Shown: positions 23,301 through 33,681, numbered from the stretch's first letter. The stretch: 64,000 bases of DNA from Gemmatimonadota bacterium (GCA_035464655.1 DATHRZ010000102.1:18894-82893); one strand, 5' to 3'. Notes: generated from the sequence alone by a model not told the origin. Translations and numbers: made by a program.

Positions 23301-24841
23301 AGCATCGAGCGTCCGGGCGTCGACAGGTCCATCGTGCCCCGTCCGGTCACGGTGGACGCCTCGCCCGAGGCCAGGACGTGATCGGTGTCGAGCGTGAACT
23401 CGATCCTTCCGCCGGCCGTACCCCCCAGCCGCGCCGTCCCGTTCGCGCGTCCCGTGAACCGGGGGTCGATGCCGACGATCCGCATCCAGCGGGGCTCGAA
23501 CTCCCGCATTCCGATCCCGAGATCGCGCATCACGCGAGGCTCGACGAGCGCGATGCCGCCGTCGAGGGTGACGGCCGACGGTTCCGCGGGGTCGGCCGTC
23601 CCCGGCGGGTCGCGCGCGACGAGATCCGCCTCGACGTCGAGCAGCGTGATCGGTCCGCGGCCCGTCGCCGTACCCGACAGTACGCCGTCGATCAGCGCCT
23701 CACGCTCGAGAACTTCGTCGACCAGCGCGAGGCGGAGCGCCGCGATCTCGAGATCGAAGTCGGCGAACCGCGGTGTCGGCTCCAGGTGCAGGACGAAGCC
23801 GCCGAGAACGTGAGAATCGTCGATCGTGACGTCGGCGTCCGAGACTTCGGTGACCATCACACCGTCCTCGCGCGTACGCAGCCGCAGCGAAGCGGGCCCG
23901 CCGCCGCGGTCGGGCACCGGCACCGTGAGGAACTGGAGGTCTTCGAGTCCGACGGGCTCGGCCTCGAGACGGAAATCGAACTGGATCGGATCGGCGGACC
24001 ATACGAAGCCACGGCCGGCGAGGTGGCTGTGGTCCGATTCGAGTCGCGTCACGTCGACCTCGACGGAATCGCGAAAGGTCGCCGCCCCGTCGAACCGCAC
24101 GATCCGGTGGTCCTGCCGGACGGCGCGCGCGTGGGCCGCCAGGCCCTCGATTTCGAACCGCATCGGCCGTTGCGGATCGACGATGCGCACGAGCGGGAAC
24201 CGGCCGGTCAGCGAATCGAGCCGGATCACCCGTTCCCAGGTCCCCGCATCCGTCGCCTCGACCCGCCACAGCTCGTCGGGCCCGGGCGCCGCCGCCCACG
24301 GTGTCCGAACCTCGAGCATGCCGTCGAGCACGGCCAGATCGGTGAGCAGCACGCGCGCCCCGCCCGGACCGTCGTCATCCTCGTCACCGGCGAAGATCCG
24401 GTCGTAGTTCCACGTCCCACCGGCGTCCTGCAGCAGACGAAGGCGCGCCCGCTGCACAGTGACGTTTCGAAACCGGTACCTCTCTGCAAGCAGGCCGAGC
24501 AGATTGTAGTCCATTCGCACGCTGTCGAGTTCGACGAAGGCCTCGCCCTCCGCGTCGCGGATCACGAAGCGATCGAGCAGAACGCGCGATACCAGGTTGC
24601 CGCCGAGAATCGGTCCGAGCTCGACGTCTCCCTGCACGAGCCCGTCGAGCTCACCCTCGACGAACGCCGCGACGGCCTCGCGCCCCACGACGGTCTGCGT
24701 GAGCAGCACGGAGCCGGCGGCGAGACTCAGCGATGCGAGGCCCACCAGGGCGAGAAGGAGCCGGGCGCCCACGCTCAACCCCCGGCGGGCCCTCCCGCGC
24801 GCGGGAGGCGGCTCGGTGCCGAAGTCCTCGGGAAAGATCAC
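20321..24841 (-). CDS. tamB: TamB-like translocation and assembly module protein (AsmA-like/DUF490), 1506 aa
   Basis: N-terminal membrane anchor (LLLALVGLASLSLAAGSVLL), very long beta-rich body, immediately downstream of and 1 nt from an Omp85 gene. Size and context typical of TamB. No direct family search possible. Confidence 0.7.
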   Translation of the reverse strand: MIFPEDFGTEPPPARGRARRGLSVGARLLLALVGLASLSLAAGSVLLTQTVVGREAVAAFVEGELDGLVQGDVELGPILGGNLVSRVLLDRFVIRDAEGEAFVELDSVRMDYNLLGLLAERYRFRNVTVQRARLRLLQDAGGTWNYDRIFAGDEDDDGPGGARVLLTDLAVLDGMLEVRTPWAAAPGPDELWRVEATDAGTWERVIRLDSLTGRFPLVRIVDPQRPMRFEIEGLAAHARAVRQDHRIVRFDGAATFRDSVEVDVTRLESDHSHLAGRGFVWSADPIQFDFRLEAEPVGLEDLQFLTVPVPDRGGGPASLRLRTREDGVMVTEVSDADVTIDDSHVLGGFVLHLEPTPRFADFDLEIAALRLALVDEVLEREALIDGVLSGTATGRGPITLLDVEADLVARDPPGTADPAEPSAVTLDGGIALVEPRVMRDLGIGMREFEPRWMRIVGIDPRFTGRANGTARLGGTAGGRIEFTLDTDHVLASGEASTVTGRGTMDLSTPGRSMLDVEFDFDPLAVRALAPWAPDLELEDVLRASVRGPMSARGRFDELRVAADFQTPRGQVTFDGMFDLEAEEKTYDAELLARDIQLDQWFEGGPETQLAVEGRVVGVGTDPGSLRARFDLVVLPSRVEGARVDSSIVRFTLSEGLAVADTFALRTEAGNVDGRGSFGLTADRSGSLILDVAIPYLARWNDWIVPERNPVREPDDVTDLFAQFGADAAPSDTAPPARTPEALPDTLAGSATALGVVYGNVDRFSLGGRAHLRQFEYGGHSADSLHLTVDVPDPLSFDTVTVRAAATDLVVFGRDFDALDLRWERRDSLHSSLALGVRRDTTVSLDANAEIEWSDAVQRVRLDRLDLQFGSRRLALRDTVRIGSDSAGFVAEEFALVSSDGASIDFGGIVPDAGEAHFDVAVRGVRLENLLELVGNPHDIAGGLTFGMTIRGTAAEPTWEGHLDIADPSVAGLGYDALTADLGYAGERLTIGAAINASGLELGRVDGYVRADLALRDVERRLLDDALNLDIVVDSMPLDALEIGIEAIRDVSGYARGRILVTGEPSALRFEGDTQLHRAAMFVPRLGVRLVGIEGRLVYAGSQARIDTLSIRSSAGGSADVGGTLELADLSDVGFNLEFSASGFRGIDRRMANVRVDGSGELTGRFREPELTGRFRLSEGDIRADRFMRQQQAVDLSDPAIYNLIDTTVVMEQRLFATARNPFTENLRMDAEIVVGPDLWLRSDAIEVELAGTLDVAMTQPSGEMVAFGTVRLPRGSFRYSMGQSTDITSILSRQLQVSRGTITFVGSPGMDPNLDVEAVFRTRSEIGPVEITVHVGGTALNPRMTTSSSPPLPNSERICYLLFASPCLGAGAAGSDVAASVLREGLIGQVGSQFSQVLVSGVGLIDYLDIRSTGGGNGLGGTSTGGLLYGTEVEIGRYLTSDLFLSATQPLGGLLPGAAVEWTFLPDYRLEFSTEDRARRYSAFGTSLNAFSNRTWRMMLFRQWNW

Positions 24842-24842
24842 G

Positions 24843-27000
24843 TCAGAACGCCTCGCCGATCGAGAACTGCAGCTGCACGCGCCGCAGGAACTCGGTCGCC
24901 GTTCCCGGATCGTCGTACCCGTACGGATCGAACCGCACCGTCCGGTTCAGCTCCTGGATGTCGCCCCCCTCCTGAAGGGCGACGACCGGCCGGTCGGAGG
25001 GAGACGACGGATCGTACCCGAAGTCAACTCGAAGCGGCCCGATCGGGCTGCGAAAGCGGAACCCGATACCGGGCGTAAGGATCAGGTCCGCCCGGTCGTC
25101 GAGTCCCGTCCACACCTGTCCCGCATCGACGAAGGCCACGATGCTCCAGCGGCCTCCCAGCTCGTTGCGCAGCTCGAGGCTCGCTTCGACCACGGCGTTT
25201 CCGCCCGCCGGACGCTCGGCGAAGGCCCCGGGTGGAAGGCCGTCGACGCAGCTGTCGAGGTCCTGGCCCGGGCAATCGTCCTCGGCGTCGACGACGAGCA
25301 CGGTGGGACCGAGCAGGTTCGCCCCGAAACCGCGGACGCTTTCGGCGCCTCCGGCGAAGAAGCGCTTGCGCGGATGCACGACGGCCGGCGAGCCTTCCGT
25401 GGTTCCGAAGGCCTGTTTCTCGGCGGGCTCGATGACGCCGAACCGGACGTGCGCGGCGAGCACCCGCTTGTCGTCCAGCGACTTGAACGCCGCCGCGTCG
25501 ATCGCGGTGCGGACATAGCGGTAGTCGGAACCGGTGAGCGCCCCGGCGTACTCCGCCTCGGTGCTGACGTAGTACCCCCGCGTCGAGGACAGCCGGTTGT
25601 CGGTCCGGTCGAGCGCCCACAGGAGCGCGACCGGCGACAGCCAGCGCTGTTCCGACAGCGCCCCGATGTCCTCGGGCGTGCAGAAGCCGAAGTTCACGCA
25701 GAAGTAGATATCGGCCGACTGCTCGCCGAACGACGTCAACTCCGGCCGGACCGCCGCCGTGAGCGCCATGCGAGAGCTGAACCGGTGGGTGAAGGCGAGT
25801 TCACCCCCGGTGCTGCTGCGCACGAACAGGTCGGGGACAGTCTCCTCTTCGGTGTAGATGCCGGCCAGCAGGGAGTTGCGACCGCCGGCGAACACCGGCT
25901 GTTCGAAGGACGCGCCGAGCCGGTAATTCAGCTCCTGGAACACCGGCTCCTCCGACACGTCGGTACAGGGGAAGCTGCCCTCGAGCTCGCCGGCGAACAG
26001 GTTCGACAGGCGTGTGGTGAGGCGAAGCACGCGGGCACGGCCGAGGAAGTTCCGGTTCGTCCAGTCGGCCTGCACCTGGGCACACTCGTCGGTCTCCACG
26101 CCCACACCGAGGTCGACCGTACGCTGGGGCGCCGGAGCGACGAGCACGCTCAGGTCGATCAGCGTGTCGGTGTCGGTGCGCCGTTCCGACGTGATGCTCG
26201 CGTAGCGCAGGGCTTCGAGATTGTACAGGCGACGCTGGCTCTCGATGATCTCCCGGTCGCGGAACACGTCGCCCGGCTCGAAGGCGAGCACGGAGTGGAT
26301 GATCGGGTCGCCGATCTCGCCCGAGCCCTCCACCCGCACGTCGCCGATCCGCACCATCGGGCCCGGCACCACGCGCAGGCTCACCTCCGCGTCGTGCGTG
26401 TCGCGCGGAATGAAGTAGTCACGCAGCACCGTGGCGTTGACGTACCCGCGATTCCGCAACTCCTCGATCAGTCGACCCTCGCCTCGCGCGAACGCCGCCA
26501 GGTCGAGCGCATCGCCTTCGCCGACCCCCAGCAGCTCGAGCTGACGCTCGGGAGTGAGGAGGTCGTCCGCGCCGCGGAGCTCGAAGCGACGGATGATCGT
26601 CGGATCGCGCTCCTCGATGTTGAACCGGACCCGGGCCTTGCCGTTCTCCCGTTCCACTTCCTGGTCGACCTGGGCCTGCCGATAGCCTCGCTGGCGGTAG
26701 TAGAGGAGGAGGCGCAGGCGATCCTGCGACAGCTCGTCCTCGTCCAGGTACTGACGGCGGTGCGCGAAGCCCACGTCGGTAAGCGGGCACAGAGGCAGCG
26801 GAAAGTAGAACAGGAACGCGCGGCAGGTGGTCGCTTCCGTGAGAATCGCCTCGTTCAGCGCGCTCGAGGGCATCGACCGGTTGCCGTGGAACGAGATCTC
26901 GACGACCTCCGCCTCGCCGGGTTCTTGGGCGACGGCCGGCTGATGCCCGCTCCCCGCCGCCAGCAACGCGAAGAGCGCGAACGCGGCCGGTCGGTTCACG
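24843..27000 (-). CDS. tamA: Omp85 family outer membrane protein (TamA/BamA-like)
   Basis: Signal peptide NRPAAFALFALLAAGSG, POTRA-like repeats, C-terminal beta-barrel ending ...QLQFSIGEAF. Start reassigned to GTG at 27000, which overlaps the lgt stop in a GTGA junction. Confidence 0.8.
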
Positions 27001-27835
27001 GGCGCGCCGGTGCGTCCGGGGCTTGCGTGGCGCCGCGATTCATCAGCCAGATGCCGAGCCCCACGAGGCCGAGGCTGAACATCTGGGCGAGCGTCAGCGC
27101 CCCGAAGAAACGGTCGTCCTTCGCCCGGAAGAACTCGACGGCGAAGCGCTCGAGCCCGGCGAGCACCAGCCACAAGGCAAAGATCCGACCCACGGGCCGC
27201 TCGCCGCGCAGGCGCCAGAGCACGGCGAAGATCAACAGCGACAGCCCGACTTCATAAAGCTGTGTCGGATGCACTTCGAGCACCGCGGCGTCGGGGATCG
27301 AGTCGGGGATCGAAACGCCGAATCCCTCGCGGAGATTGCCTGCCGTGCTGGGCGGCGCGCCGTCCGGGAAGGCGACGCCGACCCAGCTGTCGGTCGGGCG
27401 CCCGTAATCGTCGCCCACCAGGAAGCACCCTATGCGGCCGATCGCGTATCCGAGCGCCACGGCGGGCGCGAGCGCGTCGCCCACCGGCAGGATCCGCTCA
27501 CCGCGCCGCCTGATCATCAGGATCACGCCGATCGTGCCGCCGATCAGTCCCCCGTACCAGACGAGTCCGGCTCTCGAGAACAGCATCCCGAGCGGGTCCA
27601 ACACCGTGAGGTCCCAGTTCAGGAACACGTAGTAGAGCTTGGCGCCCACGATGCCCCCGATGAGGGCCCCGAGCAGCAGATCGGCGGCGAGCTCGGGGTC
27701 CTTGCCCATTCGATCGAACTCCGACCGGCTCACCTGGTACGCCGCCAGGAAGGCGAGCGCCATCATCACGCCGAACGAGGTGATGGTCAGCTGGCCGATC
27801 AACGGTAGATCGAGCGTGATCAGCTCTGGATACAT
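26996..27835 (-). CDS. lgt: prolipoprotein diacylglyceryl transferase
   Basis: Multi-TM protein with Lgt signature (YGLMMALAFL-type N-terminus, GRIGCFLVGDDYG). Confidence 0.9.
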   Translation of the reverse strand: MYPELITLDLPLIGQLTITSFGVMMALAFLAAYQVSRSEFDRMGKDPELAADLLLGALIGGIVGAKLYYVFLNWDLTVLDPLGMLFSRAGLVWYGGLIGGTIGVILMIRRRGERILPVGDALAPAVALGYAIGRIGCFLVGDDYGRPTDSWVGVAFPDGAPPSTAGNLREGFGVSIPDSIPDAAVLEVHPTQLYEVGLSLLIFAVLWRLRGERPVGRIFALWLVLAGLERFAVEFFRAKDDRFFGALTLAQMFSLGLVGLGIWLMNRGATQAPDAPARP

Positions 27836-28956
27836 GAAATCCCCTGGTTGTCGGCCGCGGCCGTGAAGCGGGAGGCGGGGTCGGCGGCCGCCGGGTACGG
27901 CGCGAGCCCCGGAAACGGATACGACGGGTCGGCATTCAGGTCGAGCCCCGCCCGCTCGCCCGCCAGGAGACGGCGCCGGGCCACGTGCGCGATCATTGCG
28001 GCATTGTCGGTCGCCAGTCGCGGGGGCGGTACGTGAATGGCAGCGCCCTCCAGTTCCGTCGCGAGACGCTCGTGCAGTCGGGCGTTCCGCGCGACCCCAC
28101 CGCCGAGCAGAACGCGATCGCAGCCGGTCAACTCGAGCGCCCGCCGGGTCTTCGCGACGAGCACGTCGAACACCGCCGCCTGAAACTCGGCCGCGAGGTC
28201 GGGTACCGCCGTGGCGAAACCGTCGGGGCCCTTCTCCGCCCGCACCTCGTCGGCGAGCAGGACGGCCGCCGTCTTCACGCCGCTGAACGAGAAGTCGAAC
28301 CAGGCCGGATCGCCCGGCGCATCGGCCGCCGAGAGCATCGGACGCGGCAGGCGATACACGCCCGGCCGGCCCCCGGCCGCGGCCCGCTCGATCTCGGGCC
28401 CGCCCGGAAACCCGAGTCCGAACGTACGAGCCACCTTGTCGAACGCCTCCCCGACGGCGTCGTCACGTGTCTCTCCCAAAAGCTGATAATCGCCCCAGCT
28501 CGGAACGTACAGCAGCATCGTATGCCCGCCCGAGACGAGCAGGGCCACGAAAGGCGGGACGGCTTCCGGGGACTCGACGGAGTTCGCGTGCAGGTGCGCT
28601 TCCATGTGGTGCACCGCCACGAGCGGCAGACCGCGGACCCACGCAAATCCCTTCGCCCAGTTGAGACCGACCAGCAGGGCACCGATCAGGCCCGGACCCG
28701 CCGTAACGCCCACGCCCTCGACGTCACCGGGCGCCAGGCCGGCCTCGGCGAGGGTTTCCGCCACGACCTCGTCGAGGCGACGGAGATGGGCCCGCGCCGC
28801 GATTTCGGGAACGATGCCGCCGAATCGCTCGTGCGCGTCCTGCGACAGGATGACGTGTCCGATCAGCCCGTCGGCCGACACGACGGCCGCCGACGTCTCG
28901 TCGCACGACGTTTCGATGCCCAGTACCGCGCCTCCGGCGTACGCCCGCCCGCTCAC
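27820..28956 (-). CDS. tsaD: tRNA N6-adenosine threonylcarbamoyltransferase TsaD
   Basis: VLGIETSCDETSAAVV, HMEAHL, GGVARN motifs. Start assigned to GTG at 28956, which overlaps the upstream stop in a GTGA junction. Confidence 0.85.
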   Translation of the reverse strand: MSGRAYAGGAVLGIETSCDETSAAVVSADGLIGHVILSQDAHERFGGIVPEIAARAHLRRLDEVVAETLAEAGLAPGDVEGVGVTAGPGLIGALLVGLNWAKGFAWVRGLPLVAVHHMEAHLHANSVESPEAVPPFVALLVSGGHTMLLYVPSWGDYQLLGETRDDAVGEAFDKVARTFGLGFPGGPEIERAAAGGRPGVYRLPRPMLSAADAPGDPAWFDFSFSGVKTAAVLLADEVRAEKGPDGFATAVPDLAAEFQAAVFDVLVAKTRRALELTGCDRVLLGGGVARNARLHERLATELEGAAIHVPPPRLATDNAAMIAHVARRRLLAGERAGLDLNADPSYPFPGLAPYPAAADPASRFTAAADNQGISCIQS

Positions 28957-29876
28957 GGTTGCGGCTCGACCGTGGCGATCGGCGGCTCCAGGGCGACGGC
29001 CACAGGCCCATCGGCCTCGCCCTCGAAACGCAGCGTAACCTGGTAGGGGCGCTCCGGCCGCGTGGCTACTTCGACTTCCACGACGTCGACCGCGCTCGCC
29101 AGTTCTTCGACGGCTCCCGCCACGCCTCGCAGCGTGACGGCGACGGAATCGGGCGCGACGCGAGCGAACTCTGCGCCTGCACCGACGGGGCGCACGGGCA
29201 CCCGCAGCTCGCGCACGACGAGCGAATCGAGGGTCACGGTCACCAGCACCGCCGACGGTTCGACGTCCACGCCGGGCACGGCCGACGACACGTCGAGGGG
29301 AATGTCGCGAATCACCGAGTTCGAAAGGTCGTCGAGGCGCACGGCGCGTGTGGAGATCCGCGTCACGTCCTCGATCCACGAGGCCGGTCCACGGACCGTC
29401 ACGCTCTCGGGCTCCACCGTAATGGGCTGAACCACCGTGAAACCCGAAGCGGCGACGGCTTCCACGTCCGCGACGACGGGAACGCGGACGCTCCGCCGCC
29501 GCTCGAATCTCAGATCGACGGCCGACGGGTTGATGAAGCTGGGAACGACACCGAGATCGCGATCGTACTCCACGCGATCGACGGGCAGCGCGACCCGCAT
29601 CCGCTCCCCCGTCACCGAGTCCACCTCGAGGGTCGCGACGGGTCGCTCCATCAACAGACCGAGCAGCTCGCGATTCCGGCCCGTGAACGTCGTGCTCACC
29701 TCGCCGGGACTTTCCATGAGGATCCAGGACGTGTCCCGGACTTCCACCGAGAGAGCGGTCGGCACCGGCTGGGCCTGCCGTTCGTCGGCGGTCACACTCA
29801 CCCAGAGCATTCCGACCACGACGAGGGCCGCGAGTTTGAAGCCGAGGTTGTCGAGCAGCAGGTCGCGCCAATTCAA
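28953..29876 (-). CDS. YbbR-like (CdaR-like) domain protein
   Basis: N-terminus LNWRDLLLDNLGFKLAALVVVGMLWVSV plus repeated YbbR-like beta-rich segments. TTG start at 29876 with GGAGG 10 nt upstream, forming a TTGA junction with the PASTA-gene stop. Confidence 0.7.
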   Translation of the reverse strand: MNWRDLLLDNLGFKLAALVVVGMLWVSVTADERQAQPVPTALSVEVRDTSWILMESPGEVSTTFTGRNRELLGLLMERPVATLEVDSVTGERMRVALPVDRVEYDRDLGVVPSFINPSAVDLRFERRRSVRVPVVADVEAVAASGFTVVQPITVEPESVTVRGPASWIEDVTRISTRAVRLDDLSNSVIRDIPLDVSSAVPGVDVEPSAVLVTVTLDSLVVRELRVPVRPVGAGAEFARVAPDSVAVTLRGVAGAVEELASAVDVVEVEVATRPERPYQVTLRFEGEADGPVAVALEPPIATVEPQP

Positions 29877-30754
29877 AGGAGAGGCTCCTCCCCGTCGGCT
29901 TCGATGGAACCGCGGTCGCCGGCCACGCGCAACTCGACGCCGTCGCCGGCCCTCAGGCTGTAGCCTTCGGGCGGATACTGGCCAACGATCCGGCCCGGCG
30001 CCTCGACGGCGCCCGGGTCGAAGGACAGCGACCCGAGCTCGAGCCCGGCGTCGGCGAGAATGCGGACGGCGTCGTCGATGTGCAGCCCCCGCATGTCGGG
30101 AACCTCCACGATCGGCGCTCCCTCGCTGACCACCAGTACGAGGCGACCCGGTACGGCGAGCTCGCTTCCGGCCGGTGGCCGAGTCTCGATCGCCCGTCCC
30201 GCCGGAATCGGATCCTCCCGGCTCTCGACGTCGACGTCGAAGCCGAGGCGCTCGAGCACGATCTCGGCCTGGCGCTCCGACAGGCCGGCCACGTCGGGAA
30301 GCGTGTGCACCTCGGGACCGCGGCTGAGCATCGCTTCGACCGGCGCTCCGGGACGCGCGAACTGGCCCGGCAGCGGCCGCTGCGACAGCACCGTGCCCTC
30401 GGGGGCCTCGCGGTGGCTCATCCCCCCGCCGACCCGGAAGTCGAGCCCGACGTCGACCGCTGCCGCACGGGCCTCCGCTTCGGACAGGCCGACCACGTCG
30501 GGCACCCGCACAATCGACGCGTCCCCGGCACTGGCCGCGCTGGGGAACAGCCACAGGGCGGCGAGCGCGTACCCGACGACGAGGGCGCCGACGACGGCTC
30601 CGGCGCTGATCAGCGCCCGGCGGCGGCCCGGGTGGCTCGCGCCGGCTTCACCCCTGGAGCTCGCCGTTCGATCGCTGGTCTCCTCTGCGGTTCGGTCGTC
30701 CTCGGTTCCCGCTCGTCCCCTGCCGCCAAGTCCGCGGCGCCTCCGGTAGCTCAT
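29873..30754 (-). CDS. membrane-anchored PASTA-domain protein (three PASTA repeats, no kinase or transpeptidase domain)
   Basis: Arg-rich cytoplasmic N-terminus, one TM (LISAGAVVGALVVGYALAALWLF), then three repeats of the form VPDVVGLSEAEA...VGLDF / LPDVAGLSERQAEIVLERLGFDV / VPDMRGLHIDDAVRILADAGLEL. ATGA junction with the rsmB stop. Confidence 0.75.
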   Translation of the reverse strand: MSYRRRRGLGGRGRAGTEDDRTAEETSDRTASSRGEAGASHPGRRRALISAGAVVGALVVGYALAALWLFPSAASAGDASIVRVPDVVGLSEAEARAAAVDVGLDFRVGGGMSHREAPEGTVLSQRPLPGQFARPGAPVEAMLSRGPEVHTLPDVAGLSERQAEIVLERLGFDVDVESREDPIPAGRAIETRPPAGSELAVPGRLVLVVSEGAPIVEVPDMRGLHIDDAVRILADAGLELGSLSFDPGAVEAPGRIVGQYPPEGYSLRAGDGVELRVAGDRGSIEADGEEPLL

Positions 30755-32031
30755 TCCTTCCGCCTCTTCCTCAGTCTCGACGCATACGCGCCATCCGAAC
30801 CACTCTCCCACGGCCACACGTGCAGGTCGACCGCGTCGGTAGGTCCCTCGATATCTCGTTCGAATTCCGGCCGCTCGGCCAGAAACTCCGCGACCTGTTC
30901 CTCGTTCTCCTCCGGCTCCAGCGAACAGGTGGCATAGACCAGAAGCCCGCCCGCCGGAAGCAGGTCGGCCAGCGCATGCAGCAGATCGCGCTGCAACTCG
31001 ACCAGGGCCTCGATCCGCCCCGGCTGCAGGCGCCAACGAGCATCGGGCCGGCGGCGGAGCACGCCCGTGCCCGAACACGGCACGTCGAGGAGGACGGTGC
31101 GCACCCCCCGGATCGCGGGGTGACGGCCGTCCATGGCCACCAGCCAGGGCGCGGCGCCGGCGGCGCTCGCCAGCGCCCCCACGCGCCGCAAGCGCTCCGT
31201 GTTGACGTCGGCCGCGATCACCGGGCGGGCTCCTGACGCAAACCATAGCGCCACCGCCTTGCCGCCCGGCGCCGCGCACGCGTCGAGCAACGGCCCTTCG
31301 AGTCCGGGGCTCACATAGTCTACCACGGCAGACGCCGCGGGATCCTGCGCGATCACCGAGCCCCCTCGAATCGCGTCGGCCGGCGCGCCGTCCGCCAGCG
31401 CCGCCATCCCCGGCCGATTCGGATGCGGATCGAGGCCGGCCGGCAGCGACGTTTCCGCGGAGGATCCCTCGAGCAACCGGAACGTCACCGGGGGCGGCTC
31501 ATTATCAAGCTCGACCAGACGTCGAACGGAGGCAAGCGGGTAGCGCTGCAGCCAGCGGCGAACCAACCACTCCGGGTGCGATCCCCAGGTCGACAGATAA
31601 CCGACGGGATCGTCGTCGAATGCCGGGAACACGCCCGCGACGCGGCCCTCGCGAGCGGCCCGGCGCAGGATCGCGTTGATCAGGCCACGAGCCCCGGCCG
31701 AAACCGACGGTCCGGTCGCTTCGAGGGTGGCGTCGACGGCGGCGTGGGCCGGAATCCGCGTTTCCCGAAGCTGATAGAGTCCGAGCCGCAGGGCGGCGAG
31801 CACCTCGGGTTCGAGTCGCCCCAGCGGGCGATTCGACAGCCGGCCCAGCTCCGCGTCGAGGCGACCGCGCAGGCGAATCGCGCCGTAGGCCAGTTCCTGC
31901 GCCAGGCCCCGGTCGCGGGAATCGAGGTCGCGGAACCGTCGGGCGGCGGCGCGATCGGCGTAGGCGCCCGCGGCCACGTCGCTCAGAACTCCGAGCGCCC
32001 CGCGGCGCGCCGCGACGCCCTCGTCGGTCAC
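30751..32031 (-). CDS. rsmB: 16S rRNA (cytosine967-C5)-methyltransferase
   Basis: NusB-like N-domain, DxCAAPGGK SAM motif, PCSGTG and YATCSL motifs. Start assigned to GTG 32031, which overlaps the thiG stop in a GTGA junction. Confidence 0.85.
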   Translation of the reverse strand: MTDEGVAARRGALGVLSDVAAGAYADRAAARRFRDLDSRDRGLAQELAYGAIRLRGRLDAELGRLSNRPLGRLEPEVLAALRLGLYQLRETRIPAHAAVDATLEATGPSVSAGARGLINAILRRAAREGRVAGVFPAFDDDPVGYLSTWGSHPEWLVRRWLQRYPLASVRRLVELDNEPPPVTFRLLEGSSAETSLPAGLDPHPNRPGMAALADGAPADAIRGGSVIAQDPAASAVVDYVSPGLEGPLLDACAAPGGKAVALWFASGARPVIAADVNTERLRRVGALASAAGAAPWLVAMDGRHPAIRGVRTVLLDVPCSGTGVLRRRPDARWRLQPGRIEALVELQRDLLHALADLLPAGGLLVYATCSLEPEENEEQVAEFLAERPEFERDIEGPTDAVDLHVWPWESGSDGAYASRLRKRRKE

Positions 32032-32816
32032 CCGAGCATACCGGCGTCCGGGCTCGATGGCACGGCCCATTCGCGCCGCGGCATGCGGCCCGCCCGATAC
32101 GCCAGTCGGCCGGCCTCGACGGCCAGCCGCATCGCGCGCGCCATCGCCACGGGATCCGAAGCCGCGGCAAGCGCCGTGTTCATCAGCACGCCGTCGACGC
32201 CCTGCTCCATCGTCAGACACGCGTCGGACGCCGTGCCGACCCCGGCGTCGACGACCACCGGCACTTCGAGACGGGACTTCAGGATGCGGATGTTCACCGG
32301 GTTCAGCAGGCCGAGCCCGCTGCCGATCGGCGAGGCCAGCGGCATGACGGCGGCCGCGCCGGCGTCCTCGAGGCGGAGCGCCGTGATCAGGTCGTCGTTC
32401 GTATACGGAAGCACGGTGAATCCCTCGGCAACCAGTGTGCGTGTCGCGACCAGGAGTTCCTGCACGTCGGGCAGCAGCGTCTCGCGGTCCCCGATCACCT
32501 CGAGCTTCACCCAGTCCGACAGGCCTGCTTCACGACCGAGACGCGCATAGCGAACGGCCTCGTCGGCCGTGAAGCAGCCGGCCGTGTTCGGCAGCAGAAA
32601 GAACTCCTCGGGGTCGAGGTGCGCGAGCAGACTGTTCTCCGCCGAAGCGTCGAGGTCGACCCTCCGCACGGCAACCGTGACGATCTCGGCCCCGGAGGCC
32701 CGCACGGCCGCCACGGTCTGCTCGGGCCCCGTGTATTTCCCCGTGCCCACGATGAGCCGCGAGGTGAAACTCCGGCCGCCGAGGCGCAGCGGGTCACCGG
32801 TTCGGTCGTGCATCAC
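32028..32816 (-). CDS. thiG: thiazole synthase
   Basis: [27 protein letters not shown] motifs. Confidence 0.9.
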   Translation of the reverse strand: MMHDRTGDPLRLGGRSFTSRLIVGTGKYTGPEQTVAAVRASGAEIVTVAVRRVDLDASAENSLLAHLDPEEFFLLPNTAGCFTADEAVRYARLGREAGLSDWVKLEVIGDRETLLPDVQELLVATRTLVAEGFTVLPYTNDDLITALRLEDAGAAAVMPLASPIGSGLGLLNPVNIRILKSRLEVPVVVDAGVGTASDACLTMEQGVDGVLMNTALAAASDPVAMARAMRLAVEAGRLAYRAGRMPRREWAVPSSPDAGMLG

Positions 32817-33016
32817 CCACCTCCCACGAAGTGGACGATCTCGACCCGGTCGCCGGCCTGGAGGCCGATATCCTCACGCTCGGTCCGGCGCACGATCTGC
32901 CGGTTGAGCTCGACGACGACCAGGCGCTCGTCCAGCTCGAGTACCGACAGGAGATCGGCCACCGACGTTCCAGCGGAGACCTCGCGGGCCTTTCCGTTCA
33001 CTTCTATCTGAACCAT
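32813..33016 (-). CDS. thiS: sulfur carrier protein ThiS
   Basis: 67 aa, [13 protein letters not shown]...[10 protein letters not shown] (C-terminal GG). ATG at 33016 inside a longer ORF-track frame. ATGA junction with thiG. Confidence 0.8.
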   Translation of the reverse strand: MVQIEVNGKAREVSAGTSVADLLSVLELDERLVVVELNRQIVRRTEREDIGLQAGDRVEIVHFVGGG

Positions 33017-33054
33017 CGTTCGCAGTCCTGTCTCCATCTCTGATTGTCCGATTC

Positions 33055-33681
33055 TCACCGGGCGTTCGCCAGCGCATCGCACAGGCTCGCCGCCGCTTCC
33101 TCGGGCCGCGGCGCATTCCATACGGCGCGAATCACGGCCACTCCGGCGGCGCCGGCCCCGCGGACCTCGACCACCCGCTCGATCGTGATGCCGCCGATCG
33201 CCACGATCGGCAACTCCATCGGCGACAGTCGCTCGATCAGCTCGAGGCCGGCCGGCGGCGTCCCGGGGTGCGACTCCGTTTCATACACCGAACCGGCCAC
33301 GAGGTAATCGGCCCCCTCGAGACGGCGCCGGTCGGCGGTCGGCAGATCGTGGACCGAGGCGCCGACCCGGAGCGAATCGCCGGCCACGTCGCGGACCGCC
33401 GCGATCGGCAGGGCGCCGCGGCCCAGCTGCACGGCATCAGCGCCGACGGCCAGGGCGAGGTCGAGGCGGCGATTGACGACGAGCCAACCGCCCGTTTCAA
33501 CCGCGCCCTCCTCCAGCGATTCGGCGAGCGCGAGCACGCGGCGCACCGGCGTCCGGCGCAACCGAAGGTGGAGCGCGAGATCGGCCCCGCAGCGTTCCTG
33601 CATGTCGAGGGCGCGGCGCTCGAACTCCGGCTCGCCCGCGACGTCGTCGGTCGCGAGCACGTGGAGGCCGGGCAGCTTCAA
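33055..33681 (-). CDS. thiE: thiamine-phosphate synthase
   Basis: LKLPGLHVLATDD N-terminus, VQLG/RE and IAIGGIT motifs. TTG start at 33681, forming a TTGA junction with the fmt stop. Confidence 0.8.
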   Translation of the reverse strand: MKLPGLHVLATDDVAGEPEFERRALDMQERCGADLALHLRLRRTPVRRVLALAESLEEGAVETGGWLVVNRRLDLALAVGADAVQLGRGALPIAAVRDVAGDSLRVGASVHDLPTADRRRLEGADYLVAGSVYETESHPGTPPAGLELIERLSPMELPIVAIGGITIERVVEVRGAGAAGVAVIRAVWNAPRPEEAAASLCDALANAR

